From an uncultured Verrucomicrobiae bacterium (lineage in GTDB: Bacteria > Verrucomicrobiota > Verrucomicrobiia > Chthoniobacterales > JAFAMB01): 64,000 bases of DNA. The stretch covers positions 1-64,000 of the forward strand of contig CAWEXO010000012.1 of NCBI GenBank assembly GCA_963813025.1, written 5' to 3'. Shown here piece by piece: positions 20,089 to 31,036 of this stretch (position 1 is the stretch's first letter; each line of letters opens with the position of its first letter). The position numbers and the translations under genes were made by a program. The notes beneath the pieces are model-generated. The model was not told where the DNA came from and ran no database searches. It saw only the letters and a program-made list of their open reading frames with translations.

Positions 20089-21348
20089 CTATACTTTGAC
20101 GCGTTCGATCCTGGCTCCGAGTTCACGCAGTTTTTCGTCAAGCAATTCATACCCACGATCGATGTGATATACACGGTTGATTTCTGTTTTTCCTTCGGCG
20201 CGGAGCGCGGCCAGGACTAGCGCAGCGGACGCTCGCAGATCGCTCGCCATGACCGGCGCGCCGCTCAATGAGCCGACCCCTTTTATCCGGGCGGTAGCAC
20301 CGTCCAGATCGATGGCCGCACCCATCCGTTTGAGCTCGGCAACATGCATGAAACGTTGTGGGAAAACATCCTCCGTGATCGCGCTCAAGCCATTGGCCGT
20401 TGCCAGGAGGGCGCACATCTGTGCCTGCATGTCCGTGGGAAACCCAGGGTAAGGTTCGGTGCGCAGCTCCAATGGCTTGATTGCTCCATTAGGCTGGATC
20501 GTCAGAGCTCCATTCTGCGAGCAGACTGCGTGTCCCGCCTGTTCCAAGGCATGGGTCACTGCATTCAGGTGATCCGCTCTGGCCCGGGTGATCGTCACCG
20601 ATTTTCCAGCGACTGCTCCAGCCACCAAAAAAGTTCCGGCTTCGATCCGATCCGGGATGATTTCGTGCTCGGCGCCATGCAGTTCCTCGACCCCTTCAAT
20701 AACGATCCGCGATGTACCGGCTCCGCTGATGCGAGCACCCATCTTGTTGAGAAAATTAGCCAGATCGACGACTTCCGGTTCGCTGGCGGCATCGTTGATC
20801 ACGGTGGTTCCCTCAGCCAGGACAGCGGCCATCATGACGTTGTCGGTGCCGAGCACTGTTGAGCCGTATTTTCCGCGCAGCGATATTTCGGTGCCGTGCA
20901 ATGTCGGGGCAAAGACCTTTATATTTCCCGCATGGACTCGGACAGCTGCGCCCAACGCCTCGAATCCTTTGAGGTGGAGATCGATCGGACGGTCTCCAAT
21001 AACGCAGCCCCCAGGTAAAGAAACCGTTGCCTCACGTTCCCGCCCAAGCAGCGGTCCAAGCACGCACACCGATGCTCGCATCTTGCGCACAACTTCGTAA
21101 GGCGCGATCGTATCGACCTTTTCCGCCCTCACTGTCACAATGCCGCTGGCACGCTCTACCTCAGCGCCCAAGCGATTGATTATCTGCAGCATGTAATGAA
21201 CGTCGCTCAGATCCGGTACCCGTTGAATGACGCATGGTTCCCGGGTTAACAGACTTGCGGCCAGGATCGGCAGAGCTGAGTTCTTGGACCCGCTGATTTT
21301 CACGGTGCCCTCCAGAGGATGCCCTCCGTGTACAATGATCTTATCCAT
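20089..21348 (-). CDS. murA: UDP-N-acetylglucosamine 1-carboxyvinyltransferase
   Basis: [66 protein letters not shown]. Confidence 0.97.
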   Translation of the reverse strand: MDKIIVHGGHPLEGTVKISGSKNSALPILAASLLTREPCVIQRVPDLSDVHYMLQIINRLGAEVERASGIVTVRAEKVDTIAPYEVVRKMRASVCVLGPLLGREREATVSLPGGCVIGDRPIDLHLKGFEALGAAVRVHAGNIKVFAPTLHGTEISLRGKYGSTVLGTDNVMMAAVLAEGTTVINDAASEPEVVDLANFLNKMGARISGAGTSRIVIEGVEELHGAEHEIIPDRIEAGTFLVAGAVAGKSVTITRARADHLNAVTHALEQAGHAVCSQNGALTIQPNGAIKPLELRTEPYPGFPTDMQAQMCALLATANGLSAITEDVFPQRFMHVAELKRMGAAIDLDGATARIKGVGSLSGAPVMASDLRASAALVLAALRAEGKTEINRVYHIDRGYELLDEKLRELGARIERVKV

Positions 21349-22192
21349 ACCTGCCGACCACAATTCTACGAACCCCTTGGTAGTCATTCCTGACCGAAAT
21401 GTCGCGAAAATTCTCCATGGCGAGCAGCTGCTGGACAGACTCCGCCTGGTTCTGGCCGATTTCCAAGGCGACCAACGCGCCGGCCAAGAGATGTTCCGGC
21501 AGCGTTCTGATGAGTGTTCGAATCAGCTGAAGACCGTCCGGACCACCATCAAGGGCCAGCCGGGGATCGTGCTTCACCTCAGGGCTGAGGTTGTCAATTT
21601 CAGAGGTCGGAATGTACGGCAGGTTCGCCACAACTCCGCTGAAGGAACCGATAACACTATCGAGGAGGTTGGATTGGAGTAGCTGAACTCGCTCCGCCAC
21701 CCCGAATCGCCGAGCATTGGCCAGGGCAAGCACCAGAGCATCTTCGGAAACGTCAACGGCGGTGATCTCCCAACGGGGCCCCTCCAGCGCTAGCGTAATT
21801 GCCACAACACCGGAACCAGTCCCCATATCAAGAAGCCGGACCGGTTCGACAACGGACTTCCGAAGCTCGGTCAGAGCAATCTCCACCAGTTGCTCCGTTT
21901 CGGGCCTTGGAATCAAGGCCCGGCTATCGATCAGGAACGTGCGACCATAAAAGTCCCATTTGCCCAGAAGATGTTGCAAGGGGTGACCCTCGACTCGGCG
22001 CCGAACTTTGTCTCGGAGTGGAGCGAGCTCTTGTTCGGTCAGCGCACGATCAAATTCGAGGTAGAGTTCGAGGCGCTTTTTTCCCAGCGCCTCAGCCAGG
22101 AGGTGCTCGATATTCAGACGCGGTTGATCAATTCCGCGTTTCGCCAGGTAGGCGGTAGTCGATTGGAGCACGTCGAGGACTGTCACAGCCAT
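21341..22192 (-). CDS. prmC: Release factor glutamine methyltransferase
   Basis: LIPRPETEQLV, DMGTGSG, ANLPY, ALDGGPDGL; follows prfA. Confidence 0.95.
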   Translation of the reverse strand: MAVTVLDVLQSTTAYLAKRGIDQPRLNIEHLLAEALGKKRLELYLEFDRALTEQELAPLRDKVRRRVEGHPLQHLLGKWDFYGRTFLIDSRALIPRPETEQLVEIALTELRKSVVEPVRLLDMGTGSGVVAITLALEGPRWEITAVDVSEDALVLALANARRFGVAERVQLLQSNLLDSVIGSFSGVVANLPYIPTSEIDNLSPEVKHDPRLALDGGPDGLQLIRTLIRTLPEHLLAGALVALEIGQNQAESVQQLLAMENFRDISVRNDYQGVRRIVVGRYG

Positions 22193-22239
22193 AGATCATT
22201 AATCATTGGCCATCCGTCATCGGCCACCGGCCATTGGAA

Positions 22240-23328
22240 TCAGGCCACCGCGTTTTCGAGCCCGGCTTCCTTAAGACGTTGTTCGAGATCACTCGCCTGT
22301 AGAGCAGCGATCATTTCGTCCAATTGACCATTCAGGAAAAGATCAAGGTGATAGAGAGTTAATCCGATCCGATGATCAGTAACCCGGTTCTGCGGGAAAT
22401 TATAGGTTCGAATTTTTTCTTCGCGCCCGCCTGAGCCGATCAGGCTGCGGCGATGCGCCGAATACCTCTCGTTTTCCTCCTGTTGCTTTTCTTCCAACAG
22501 GCGAGTGCGCAGAATGGTCAACGCCTTTTCCTTGTTCTTCTGCTGACTCCGGCCATCCTGGCACCGGACAATCTTGCCACTCGGAATATGCAGAACTTGA
22601 ACCGCTGAATCCGTTGTATTGACACCCTGCCCACCCGGTCCTCCGGCCCGGCAAACTTCGATCCGCAGATCTTCCGGCTTCAGTTCCAGGTCAATTTCTT
22701 CAGCTTCGGGGAGAACGGCAACGGTAGCCGTCGAGGTATGGATCCGTCCCTGCGCTTCGGTGACAGGTACGCGCTGGACCCGGTGAACGCCGCTCTCGTA
22801 TCGCAGCATGCGGAACACCGACTCTCCACTGACCTTGAGGATGACTTCCTTAAATCCACCGAGCTCCGAAGGACTACTCTCGAGAGCCTCAAACCGGAAC
22901 CCATGGGCTTCCGCAAAACGCGTGTACATGCGATAGAGATCCGCCGCGAAAAGCGCGGCTTCGTTGCCACCGGTACCTGCGCGAATTTCGACGATCGCGT
23001 CGCGATCTTCGTGAGGTTCGGGTGGAAGCAACGCGACTTGCACACTTTGGGAAAGGCGCGCAATCTTTTCCCGTAAAGACGGGATTTCCGCTTCGGCCAG
23101 CTCCGCCAGATCGGAGTCTTCGGCCGCGGCAAGCTGCTCATTCTCGTCCAACTCCCGCCGAGCCTTTTCCATAGCGGCCCAGGTCTCCAGCAGAGTCTTC
23201 AGACGAGCATGCTCTCGCATCACCTCCCGAGCGCGATCAGGATTGGCGAACAAGGTCGCGGAGCCAATCTCATCCTCCAACTCGCGGAAGCGTTTCTTTC
23301 TCTGCTCAATCAGCGGGGCAAAATCCAT
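22240..23328 (-). CDS. prfA: Peptide chain release factor 1
   Basis: EIRAGTGG, ESGVHRVQRVPVTE (PxT motif), GGQ motif, KIRTYNFPQNRVTDHR. Confidence 0.97.
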   Translation of the reverse strand: MDFAPLIEQRKKRFRELEDEIGSATLFANPDRAREVMREHARLKTLLETWAAMEKARRELDENEQLAAAEDSDLAELAEAEIPSLREKIARLSQSVQVALLPPEPHEDRDAIVEIRAGTGGNEAALFAADLYRMYTRFAEAHGFRFEALESSPSELGGFKEVILKVSGESVFRMLRYESGVHRVQRVPVTEAQGRIHTSTATVAVLPEAEEIDLELKPEDLRIEVCRAGGPGGQGVNTTDSAVQVLHIPSGKIVRCQDGRSQQKNKEKALTILRTRLLEEKQQEENERYSAHRRSLIGSGGREEKIRTYNFPQNRVTDHRIGLTLYHLDLFLNGQLDEMIAALQASDLEQRLKEAGLENAVA

Positions 23329-23392
23329 AAAACAGAAGACGGTGAAGGCGTGAAAATTACGCGCTCACCGTCCTGGCGTATTCGAACAATTT

Positions 23393-23611
23393 CTAGCGGC
23401 CTTTGCCGACAAGCGTTTTACCGTACCGACGAGCAAACTTCTCTACCCGCCCGGCCGTGTCGACAAATTTTTGTTCCCCGGTAAAGAACGGATGGCAAGC
23501 AGCGCAAATACCGATCTTGATATCGCGACGCGTGGACCGAGTACGATACACCGCTCCGCAAGCGCAGACGATCTTGGTATCTTCGTATTTCGGGTGGATA
23601 TCAGGCTTCAT
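23393..23611 (-). CDS. rpmE: 50S ribosomal protein L31
   Basis: [37 protein letters not shown]. Confidence 0.97.
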   Translation of the reverse strand: MKPDIHPKYEDTKIVCACGAVYRTRSTRRDIKIGICAACHPFFTGEQKFVDTAGRVEKFARRYGKTLVGKGR

Positions 23612-23657
23612 GTCTGTAAAAGGAGACGGAGTCTATCATAAGCCTGGAGACAAGCAA

Positions 23658-25034
23658 GTGCCGCCAGAATCCTTTGCCGCCATTTGGAGTCGGGTCTGCG
23701 CCAAACATAAGTCCAAGGGCGCCATCTACTCTGGGGAAGGCACGATCCTCCGAAGCTTCGAACAGATCGAGGCGGAGCGCGAGGACTGGCACAAACGCCT
23801 GGCCGGCTTTGCTCCGAACTCGGCGGTCGTGGCGCAGCTTGGGAATCATCCGGGCTGGCCGGCATTTTTTCTCGCGGCCATCGATCGCAACCTGGTCGTT
23901 GTGCCGGCCGAAGCCGACCTCTCGAAGCGGCAGCTGCAGCGTATTTTCGATCTCACTCATGCGGCCGCGGCGATCGAAAGCTCGGGAATCCGCAGATTAG
24001 ATAATGACTCTGTTCACTGGCCCGATCCCCGACCCGATATGCTCAAGATTACCTCGGGGACAACGGGACTCCCTCGCGCAGTAAGCGTCCGGGCGGAACA
24101 CCTCATCGCTGATTGCCGGAACATCTGTCAAAACATGGGCATCGGTGAAGAGGATATTAACTTCGGAGTGATTCCTTTTTCGCATTCTTACGGTTTCAGC
24201 AACTTAATTACTCCTCTCTTGGTTCAAGGGACGACACTGGTCTGTACTTCAGACCGGATGCCAAGAGCGGTCTGCGAACAGATAGCCAGCTCGGGAGCCA
24301 CGGTTTTTCCGGGAACCCCGACCCTTTTCCAGGCATTAGCGTCACTCCCGGAAAATGCGTCGTTCGGGCGAATCCGCCTTTGCATCTCGGCTGGCGCACC
24401 GCTCCCCACGGAAGTGAGTCGTCTTTTTTTTGGCCGTTTTTTTCTGCGGATTCACAGCTTTTACGGCTCCTCGGAGTGCGGCGGTATAGCCTATGACCGC
24501 GAGGGTGAGCTTCACCGGCCGACCGGCTTTGTTGGCACCCCGATGTCTGGCGTGCAGATAACCAGGCTGACCGACGATCGGATCAGCGTCGCCGGGCCGA
24601 ACGTGGCGGACGGCTATTTTCCGGAGTCAGATCCCGCCACGCTACAGACTGGCCGTTTCGTACCGGCAGATCTCATTCGCTGGTCGGGCGAGGCCATGCA
24701 GGTCTACGGCAGAGCGTCGGATTTTATCAATGTCGCCGGAAAAAAGTTTCATCCTTCCGTGGTCGAAGAACATTTGCGCAGCTTTCCGGGAGTGGTCGAT
24801 GCCATTGTTTTCGCCGTCCCATCTTTAGCGCGAAACGAGGACCTCATTGCCTATATCGCCGGAGACGTCTTGCTTTCGCGAGGAGAATTGGAGGCGCACT
24901 GTCGCGCTGGCTTAAACAGTTGGGAAGTGCCTCGCGACTTCCTGATTCGGAAACAACTGCCGGTGGATACCCGTGGAAAAGTAAGCCGGGCGGAACTCGC
25001 CCGGCGTTATCAGCAAGGTTTGTTGGACAACTGA
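23658..25034 (+). CDS. AMP-dependent acyl-CoA synthetase/ligase family protein
   Basis: TSGTTGLPR, YGSSECG, GRASDFINVAGKK, LPVDTRGKV. Start taken at GTG 23658 after GGAG. Confidence 0.85.
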   Translation: MPPESFAAIWSRVCAKHKSKGAIYSGEGTILRSFEQIEAEREDWHKRLAGFAPNSAVVAQLGNHPGWPAFFLAAIDRNLVVVPAEADLSKRQLQRIFDLTHAAAAIESSGIRRLDNDSVHWPDPRPDMLKITSGTTGLPRAVSVRAEHLIADCRNICQNMGIGEEDINFGVIPFSHSYGFSNLITPLLVQGTTLVCTSDRMPRAVCEQIASSGATVFPGTPTLFQALASLPENASFGRIRLCISAGAPLPTEVSRLFFGRFFLRIHSFYGSSECGGIAYDREGELHRPTGFVGTPMSGVQITRLTDDRISVAGPNVADGYFPESDPATLQTGRFVPADLIRWSGEAMQVYGRASDFINVAGKKFHPSVVEEHLRSFPGVVDAIVFAVPSLARNEDLIAYIAGDVLLSRGELEAHCRAGLNSWEVPRDFLIRKQLPVDTRGKVSRAELARRYQQGLLDN

Positions 25035-25037
25035 ATT

Positions 25038-25230
25038 CGGTAGGGCGAAGAATTTAGCGCATGTCTCGCAACGCCCTAAATCGGTAGGGCGAAAACTTGT
25101 TTGAGCCGGACCCCGGAGTTGCCACCGTCCAAGACGGCTCAAACGAGTCCTCGCTGAAGCTCGGATAAATTTTCGCCCTACCGGTCGTGGACCAGCGAGA
25201 CGTACAAGCGCGTGCGAGACGAGCACGTGG
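25038..25230. repeat. GTAGGGCGAA REP doublet within MITE-like TIRs
   Basis: cggtagggcgaagaattt, atgtctcgcaac, cggtagggcgaaaacttgtttgagccg ... cggctcaaacgag ... aaattttcgccctaccgg, gcgtgcgagacg. Confidence 0.7.
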
Positions 25231-25292
25231 ACGATTGTGACTACGGCTGCGCGACGCTGTGATCTGCGTCTTGCGATTCGCGCGAAGCGCGC

Positions 25293-25805
25293 TCAAGGCG
25301 CCTTTTCCCCAAACCGAAAATCCGAAAACCAGAACTTGGATGGTTCTACGGATAAGCTGCTGATGGTCAACCGGCCCGGGGTCGCATCTGCCTCGACCTG
25401 AAAGCTCACGGTACAATCGGTCCAGTCCGATGACATGGCCAGATTCGTTCCGGCGGCGACGGAAGCCTGATCGCCAAAATCCTTCTCCAAGACAAAGTAA
25501 ACATATCCCTTGGGGGCGCTTTTGGCGCGGAATTTCAATTCGTAAGTTTTGCCTTTCTGGAGCGGAATGCCCGGCGCTCGTAGTTCGACACTCCAGAATT
25601 CTGGTCCAGGCTTACTCACAGTGACCAGGATTGTTTTCCCCGCTGTGCCAGTATCGGCAATCGTTTCCATTCCGGCGTTGGCGCCCTTTTCCGTCGCGAG
25701 TTGCCAGCGGCTCGGGTCAAGGGCGGTGTCGTCAGCCAGAATTGGCCTTACCAGCCAGCAGCAACCCAGCAGCACAATGAGTCGCTTTCGCAGGTTCGTC
25801 TTCAT
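25293..25805 (-). CDS. Secreted protein with a galactose-binding-like/CBM4-9-type domain
   Basis: Signal peptide; WSVEL...LQKGKTYELKFRAKS...W..F pattern. Translationally coupled (TAATG) to the upstream methyltransferase. Confidence 0.65.
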   Translation of the reverse strand: MKTNLRKRLIVLLGCCWLVRPILADDTALDPSRWQLATEKGANAGMETIADTGTAGKTILVTVSKPGPEFWSVELRAPGIPLQKGKTYELKFRAKSAPKGYVYFVLEKDFGDQASVAAGTNLAMSSDWTDCTVSFQVEADATPGRLTISSLSVEPSKFWFSDFRFGEKAP

Positions 25806-26512
25806 TACTCCAACCAGATCGCTTGTCGCGAAATCGGAAACCGGCGATGACCAAATTTTTGCCACCCAGCCTTATTAGCCAGAATCTTCATCTCATAAAA
25901 GGAAAAGGCGCGACGCATGGACAAGCGGGCGTCGAAACGCGTCATCGGTGCACGGAAAACAGTGTCCGTCAGCAGATGCACTCCGATCTCGCCCAAACGA
26001 GACCGCACCAAATCGGCGACCAACGCCCGCTTTTTCGTAAAACTCCGGATTTTGCGCATTAATTGCGTCGCTGCTGATTCCGAAAAATGATGGAGGGCCA
26101 AGGAGCAAAGTACCAAGTCGAACGCCTCTCCAGGTTGGTATTGGAAAACGTCGCAGCAACACAGCTCGATCGGGTCAGCAGGATCACAGCGCTCGCGCGC
26201 GATCTCCAAGGTCGACTTTTGAAAATCGACTGCCGTTATCCGGACCTCCACCCGGTTCTGACGCGCCCAGCGAGCAACCAGGCGCGGAATATCCGCCGAC
26301 CCTGTGCACAGATCCAGGATCGTCACCGCATCACCCGCCTTCAGCCATCGGCGCAGAAACCGGCGTACCAGCGAATAGCTGCCAAAATAGCGGTTGAGTG
26401 CTTCGAGGTTATTGAGGTCGTCGCGCAGCTCGGCCGAGACTGGTTGGGGCCGATCCATCATTTCGGACAGCCCATCCCGGTACTCGCGAGCTCTCGAAAC
26501 CTGAAAGAACAT
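25805..26512 (-). CDS. Class I SAM-dependent methyltransferase
   Basis: EMMDRP, ILDLCTGSADIP, FDLVLCSLALHHF, DLVRS, DARLSMRRAF. Confidence 0.85.
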   Translation of the reverse strand: MFFQVSRAREYRDGLSEMMDRPQPVSAELRDDLNNLEALNRYFGSYSLVRRFLRRWLKAGDAVTILDLCTGSADIPRLVARWARQNRVEVRITAVDFQKSTLEIARERCDPADPIELCCCDVFQYQPGEAFDLVLCSLALHHFSESAATQLMRKIRSFTKKRALVADLVRSRLGEIGVHLLTDTVFRAPMTRFDARLSMRRAFSFYEMKILANKAGWQKFGHRRFPISRQAIWLE

Positions 26513-26680
26513 GTTTATTTAGTGTTAAAAATAACTGAACGACACGCGTGTCTGTCAGACTTTGCCTCCATGACACCGGCAATCCAGCCGGTCCTGAAAC
26601 CTGACAAGCCTATTGCTCTGCATTCACCTTCGGGTGTCCTAGCCTAGCACCCGTCCCCAAAGTATCGTGGACATCCAGTG

Positions 26681-27346
26681 TCACTTCAGAGCAAGGAAAG
26701 CGAGCATACGGCCCGTTTGCCCCCGCTCCATGCGATAAGAATAATAGTGCTGGAGATCGTCGCCGGTGTTGCTCTGGCAACCGTATATTTTCTCAATGCC
26801 GGCTTCGGCTAACTGGCGCCTGATATCGGAAGCAAAGTCGATTTCATAATGCGGCGGGCGAATGCAAGGGCTCATTTGAGCAACAATCCCCGCCGGATCA
26901 CAACCAAAGGATTTTCGCAGTCTATGGACGGCCGCAGCAACGATGTTCAGGGCCGTTCCTCTTTTACCTGCATGGAGTAATCCAATTACTCGCCGGACCG
27001 GATCAACGAGATAGACGGCGCAGCAATCGGCAACAAAAATTCCCAGCGCAACGTTCGGGTCACCGGTCAACAAACCATCGGTTTCATCCACGAATTCGGG
27101 AGTGGAGCGATCGACCAGAGCCACCTTGTTTCCGTGCACCTGCCTCGCGAGACGAAGGGGTTTACCCGTCCCCAAAGCGACTGCCTCCAGGTGAAAACAA
27201 CGCAAACGTTTGAGTGCGCTCGTCCGATCGGTTTGTACATCCAGACCAGGAACGCGCCGGGTAAATCCGTGGCTGACGGAATCGACCTTGAGTAATCCCG
27301 GAAAACTCTCAATCAGAGACCCGAGCTCTGCCCCAGAAGCTTCCAC
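26681..27346 (-). CDS. pgeF: PgeF/YfiH (laccase-domain) family protein
   Basis: HGFTRR, QVHGNKV, DGLLT, ADCCAVYL, HAGKRG, YYSYR, GRMLA. Confidence 0.85.
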   Translation of the reverse strand: MEASGAELGSLIESFPGLLKVDSVSHGFTRRVPGLDVQTDRTSALKRLRCFHLEAVALGTGKPLRLARQVHGNKVALVDRSTPEFVDETDGLLTGDPNVALGIFVADCCAVYLVDPVRRVIGLLHAGKRGTALNIVAAAVHRLRKSFGCDPAGIVAQMSPCIRPPHYEIDFASDIRRQLAEAGIEKIYGCQSNTGDDLQHYYSYRMERGQTGRMLAFLALK

Positions 27347-27427
27347 TTAAAAAAAAACTGATTCATCTACATCGAATTTCAGTATTCAAGGACTTAATGC
27401 ACTGTCTCTCATATAATGGTGCCATTG

Positions 27428-29053
27428 CTAACCACCCGAAACCGGAACTTTGCCCTGTGGAGGCCTCAACGACTCTATTTTTGCTTTGTGGGTGGAAGGT
27501 TTGTCGGGATCCAATGGCGAATTGAACCGCGACCGCGCCGCCCTTTTTGCTTCCGCTGGGATCAACGTCTTCGGACGCCCTTCGGGACTATCGAACTGAT
27601 CGTTGAAAATGGTCTCGGTCGCGGTTGACCGCTGGAATTCGAACACCGCTGATTCGTAGGAAAACTCCGCTTGAACCAGGTTGGTCTGCGCGGTGGTCAG
27701 CGCCGTTTGAGCATTCAAGACGTCGAGCTGAGTGCCGGTACCGGCTGCTAATCGTTCCTGGGATAGACGCAGAGATTCCCGGGCCTGCTCAATCGCCTTT
27801 TGCGCGCTAACTACGGTCTCTTGAGCCTGCCGCAAATTGCTCACTGCGGTCGATACTTCGAGTTCGACTTGGCGAACCGAATCGTCAAAGGTAACCTTCG
27901 ATTGTTCCAGTTGTCCTCTGGCCTGCTTGAGCTTGCCGTAAGTGAGGCCGCCATCAAAGATGTTCCAGGAACCCTGGAAGCCGAAGAACCAACCCTGCCG
28001 CGTGTCTTTGAGATTGCTGCTGACGCCGGAACTGGCTTGCTCCAAGCCGGCATTGGCCGTCAGCGTTGGTTGAAATCCGGCCGCGGCCGTTGTGATGTTT
28101 TCCACGTTGGCCAGGACGTTTGATCGCTGGGCCTTCAAAAAGGGCCGGTTGTTTCTCGCAGTAACCAAAGCGCTGGCCAGATCAAACTTGATTGGAATGA
28201 ATTCCAACGTTCCGGAGACCGGCAGCGGTTCGTCGGATACGTATTGGCGGTTGGCCGGAATCCCGAGCGTCCGCGCCAGGTTTAGTTGTGAAATGCGATA
28301 ATTATTGCGGGCGGCGATCAACTGCGGAATCTGGTTTTGCAACGCGACTTCCGCCTGCAAGACATTGAACTGAGGCACCGTGCCAGCCTCAAACCGGCTA
28401 CGTTGATCATTCAACTGGCTCTGCAGCAGATTAACCGATTCTTCCTGCACCTGGATCAGAGCTCTATTAAGCAGGATTTGGTAAAACTGGGTACGAATCG
28501 TCGCGACCGTCTGATCGATAATATCGCGAAGAGCATAGTAGGCCTGATCCTCCAGGATCCGCGCCGCTCGACGCGACGCGATCGTCGCTCCGCCATCCCA
28601 GATCAGTTGAGAAACCGTCAGCTGTACCTGCCAGCTCTCCGTGGGTGTGTTCCGAATGCTGGAAAGCAACGAACTGCTCGGTATCGAGATCAGGTTGGAT
28701 GTACCTGTTGCCGGATTGATGACCAGCGGCTGGCCGGCAGGTAAAGCCAATAGGTCGAAGTTATTGCGAATGCCGGAGCTCGCGCCGCCAACCCGCACAA
28801 GGCCAGGATCGTTCTGCATATAGTTTGCGGTAGCCGTGAGCTGCGGAAAAAGCCTGGCTTGCGCCTGGTAAACCAATCCCTTCTGCTCTTTCAGCACCTG
28901 AATCTGCGCAAGGATCGATGGGTTCTGGCGCAAACCAAGTTGAACAGCGTCGTCTAAGGTTAAAGCATGCCCACGCGTGCCAACGGTTTCTTCGCCCGCC
29001 ATCGAGACAACGGTCATGGCAGCGATGGTTAAGGCGATCGAAATCAGTCTCAT
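27428..29053 (-). CDS. TolC-family outer membrane efflux protein
   Basis: Signal peptide, LTLDDAVQLGL, two OEP repeats (RFEAGTVPQFNVLQAEV; RLAAGTGTQLDVLNAQ), WNIFDGG. Confidence 0.9.
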   Translation of the reverse strand: MRLISIALTIAAMTVVSMAGEETVGTRGHALTLDDAVQLGLRQNPSILAQIQVLKEQKGLVYQAQARLFPQLTATANYMQNDPGLVRVGGASSGIRNNFDLLALPAGQPLVINPATGTSNLISIPSSSLLSSIRNTPTESWQVQLTVSQLIWDGGATIASRRAARILEDQAYYALRDIIDQTVATIRTQFYQILLNRALIQVQEESVNLLQSQLNDQRSRFEAGTVPQFNVLQAEVALQNQIPQLIAARNNYRISQLNLARTLGIPANRQYVSDEPLPVSGTLEFIPIKFDLASALVTARNNRPFLKAQRSNVLANVENITTAAAGFQPTLTANAGLEQASSGVSSNLKDTRQGWFFGFQGSWNIFDGGLTYGKLKQARGQLEQSKVTFDDSVRQVELEVSTAVSNLRQAQETVVSAQKAIEQARESLRLSQERLAAGTGTQLDVLNAQTALTTAQTNLVQAEFSYESAVFEFQRSTATETIFNDQFDSPEGRPKTLIPAEAKRAARSRFNSPLDPDKPSTHKAKIESLRPPQGKVPVSGG

Positions 29054-29520
29054 TATTTTTTAAAAGATTTGTCGCAAAGATTCGAAATCTTGCGGTAAAT
29101 CTGCAACCACATTTTCCCCTCCTCAGCAGTCAGATGGTCTTGAAGCATCGTGGTTATCTTGTCAATCATGTCTTGCCTGATCTGAGCAACCAGGCTGGAG
29201 CCTCTCGGAGTGATCCGCACCATGACCTTGCGCCGATCATCGACCGCATGGGTCCGTTGGACGTACTCAAGTTTTTCCAGGCGGTCGACCAATCCGGTAG
29301 CCGCGGCGGTGGTGTGACCCATTTTTGCGGCGATGGCCGACATGGTAATGACCTCCTGCTTCTCCAGATGAGTGAGCAGAAAAAATTGCGGAAACGAGAC
29401 ACTGCCCTGGTTGAGTTCGTCTGAGAGGTTCGCCAAGAAACGGCGCTGCAGTTCCATGACGATATCGGCCAGCTCTTCGGCCTGGCTCAGCAACGTGCAA
29501 CGATCCTCGGTGATCACCAT
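29053..29520 (-). CDS. MarR-family transcriptional regulator
   Basis: QFFLLTHL, TGLVDRLEKLEYVQR, DRRKVMVRITPRG. Confidence 0.92.
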   Translation of the reverse strand: MVITEDRCTLLSQAEELADIVMELQRRFLANLSDELNQGSVSFPQFFLLTHLEKQEVITMSAIAAKMGHTTAAATGLVDRLEKLEYVQRTHAVDDRRKVMVRITPRGSSLVAQIRQDMIDKITTMLQDHLTAEEGKMWLQIYRKISNLCDKSFKK

Positions 29521-29672
29521 GCCGCCAAACAGTTAACGACCTTAACTTTCGGTGTCTGAGAGTAAAGCACGGGGAAAGTCAAACGTCCAACTCAGGCTAC
29601 CCTTGCATTGATTCTTTTTTTGGGTGACGAAGTTGATCACCGAAAAAACGGTCCCCTCTGTTGTGAAAATTT

Positions 29673-31028
29673 ATGGCTTACACACTCTTTCAACCACCTG
29701 CAGGTGAGAAGATCACCACCACTAACGGCGCGGTTCATTGTCCCGACCATCCGATCATTCCCTTCATTCGGGGAGACGGCACCGGGCCGGATATATGGGC
29801 TGCCAGCCAAAAGGTATTCGATGCTGCCGTCCAGCAAGCCTATGGCGGATCACGCAAGATCGCCTGGTTTGAAGTCTTTGCCGGAGCAACCGCCAAAGAA
29901 CGTTTCGACCATTGGCTTCCCGACGATACCGTCAACGCTTTCAAAGAATACCTGGTCGGGATCAAGGGCCCGTTGACGACCCCCGTAGGCGGCGGGATTC
30001 GTTCCCTCAATGTTGCACTGCGACAGTTGCTGGATCTGTACGTCTGTCTCCGGCCGGTCCGTTGGTTCCAAGGCGTTCCTTCCCCGGTGAAACGTCCTGA
30101 AGAAATAGACATGGTGATCTTTCGGGAAAACACCGAGGATATTTACGCCGGCATCGAGTTCCGTTCCGGCAGTGCGGAAGCGCAGCGTTTCCTTCGATTT
30201 ATGGAGACGGAGTTTCCGGCCGAGTTTGCCAAGATTCGATTCGGAACCGAGAACGCAACCAAAGCGTTCCTTTCCCTGGAACCAGGGCTCGCTCCGCCGC
30301 AGGTCGAGGTGGGCATCGGGATCAAGCCGGTCAGCCGGCTTGGATCGGTTCGGCTCATCGCCGCCGCGATTCGCTACGCGATCGAGCGAAAACGCAAATC
30401 GGTGACCCTGGTTCACAAGGGAAACATCATGAAATTTACCGAGGGCAGTTTTCGCGACTGGGGCTATCAGCTGGCCGATACTTTGTTCCCGGAGCAGACC
30501 TACACCTGGAGTCGCTGGGAGCAGTGCAAGAAGGAAAGAGGAGAATCCGCGGCGAACGATGAATTGCAGGCGGCCGAGCGTGCCGGGAAAGTGATCGTGA
30601 AGGACGCGATTGCTGACATCACGCTGCAGCAAGTGCTGACCCGGCCGCGCGAGTTTGATGTAATCGCGACTTTGAATCTGAATGGCGACTACTTATCGGA
30701 TGCCCTGGCCGCCCAGGTAGGGGGGATCGGGATCGCCCCCGGCGGCAACATTAATTACCATACCGGGCATGCCATTTTTGAAGCGACGCACGGGACTGCT
30801 CCAAAATATGCCAATCTCGACAAAGTAAATCCGGGCTCGGTAATCCTCTCTGGAGAAATGATGCTTCGCCACATCGGCTGGTCCGAAGCCGGCGATCTGG
30901 TGATGAAAGGGATGAATAACGCGATTGCCAGCAAGCGCGTTACCTACGATTTCGCGCGGCTCATGGAAGGCGCTACCGAAATCAAGTGTTCCGAATTCGG
31001 CGACAACGTGATACAGCACATGAATTGA
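29673..31028 (+). CDS. icd: NADP-dependent isocitrate dehydrogenase
   Basis: [70 protein letters not shown]. Confidence 0.97.
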   Translation: MAYTLFQPPAGEKITTTNGAVHCPDHPIIPFIRGDGTGPDIWAASQKVFDAAVQQAYGGSRKIAWFEVFAGATAKERFDHWLPDDTVNAFKEYLVGIKGPLTTPVGGGIRSLNVALRQLLDLYVCLRPVRWFQGVPSPVKRPEEIDMVIFRENTEDIYAGIEFRSGSAEAQRFLRFMETEFPAEFAKIRFGTENATKAFLSLEPGLAPPQVEVGIGIKPVSRLGSVRLIAAAIRYAIERKRKSVTLVHKGNIMKFTEGSFRDWGYQLADTLFPEQTYTWSRWEQCKKERGESAANDELQAAERAGKVIVKDAIADITLQQVLTRPREFDVIATLNLNGDYLSDALAAQVGGIGIAPGGNINYHTGHAIFEATHGTAPKYANLDKVNPGSVILSGEMMLRHIGWSEAGDLVMKGMNNAIASKRVTYDFARLMEGATEIKCSEFGDNVIQHMN

Positions 31029-31036
31029 CAACTGTT

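Noticed and set aside
23403..23657. Long N-terminal extension of the AMP-ligase ORF overlapping rpmE
   Set aside because: It is antisense read-through of rpmE; GTG 23658 with GGAG is the plausible start.
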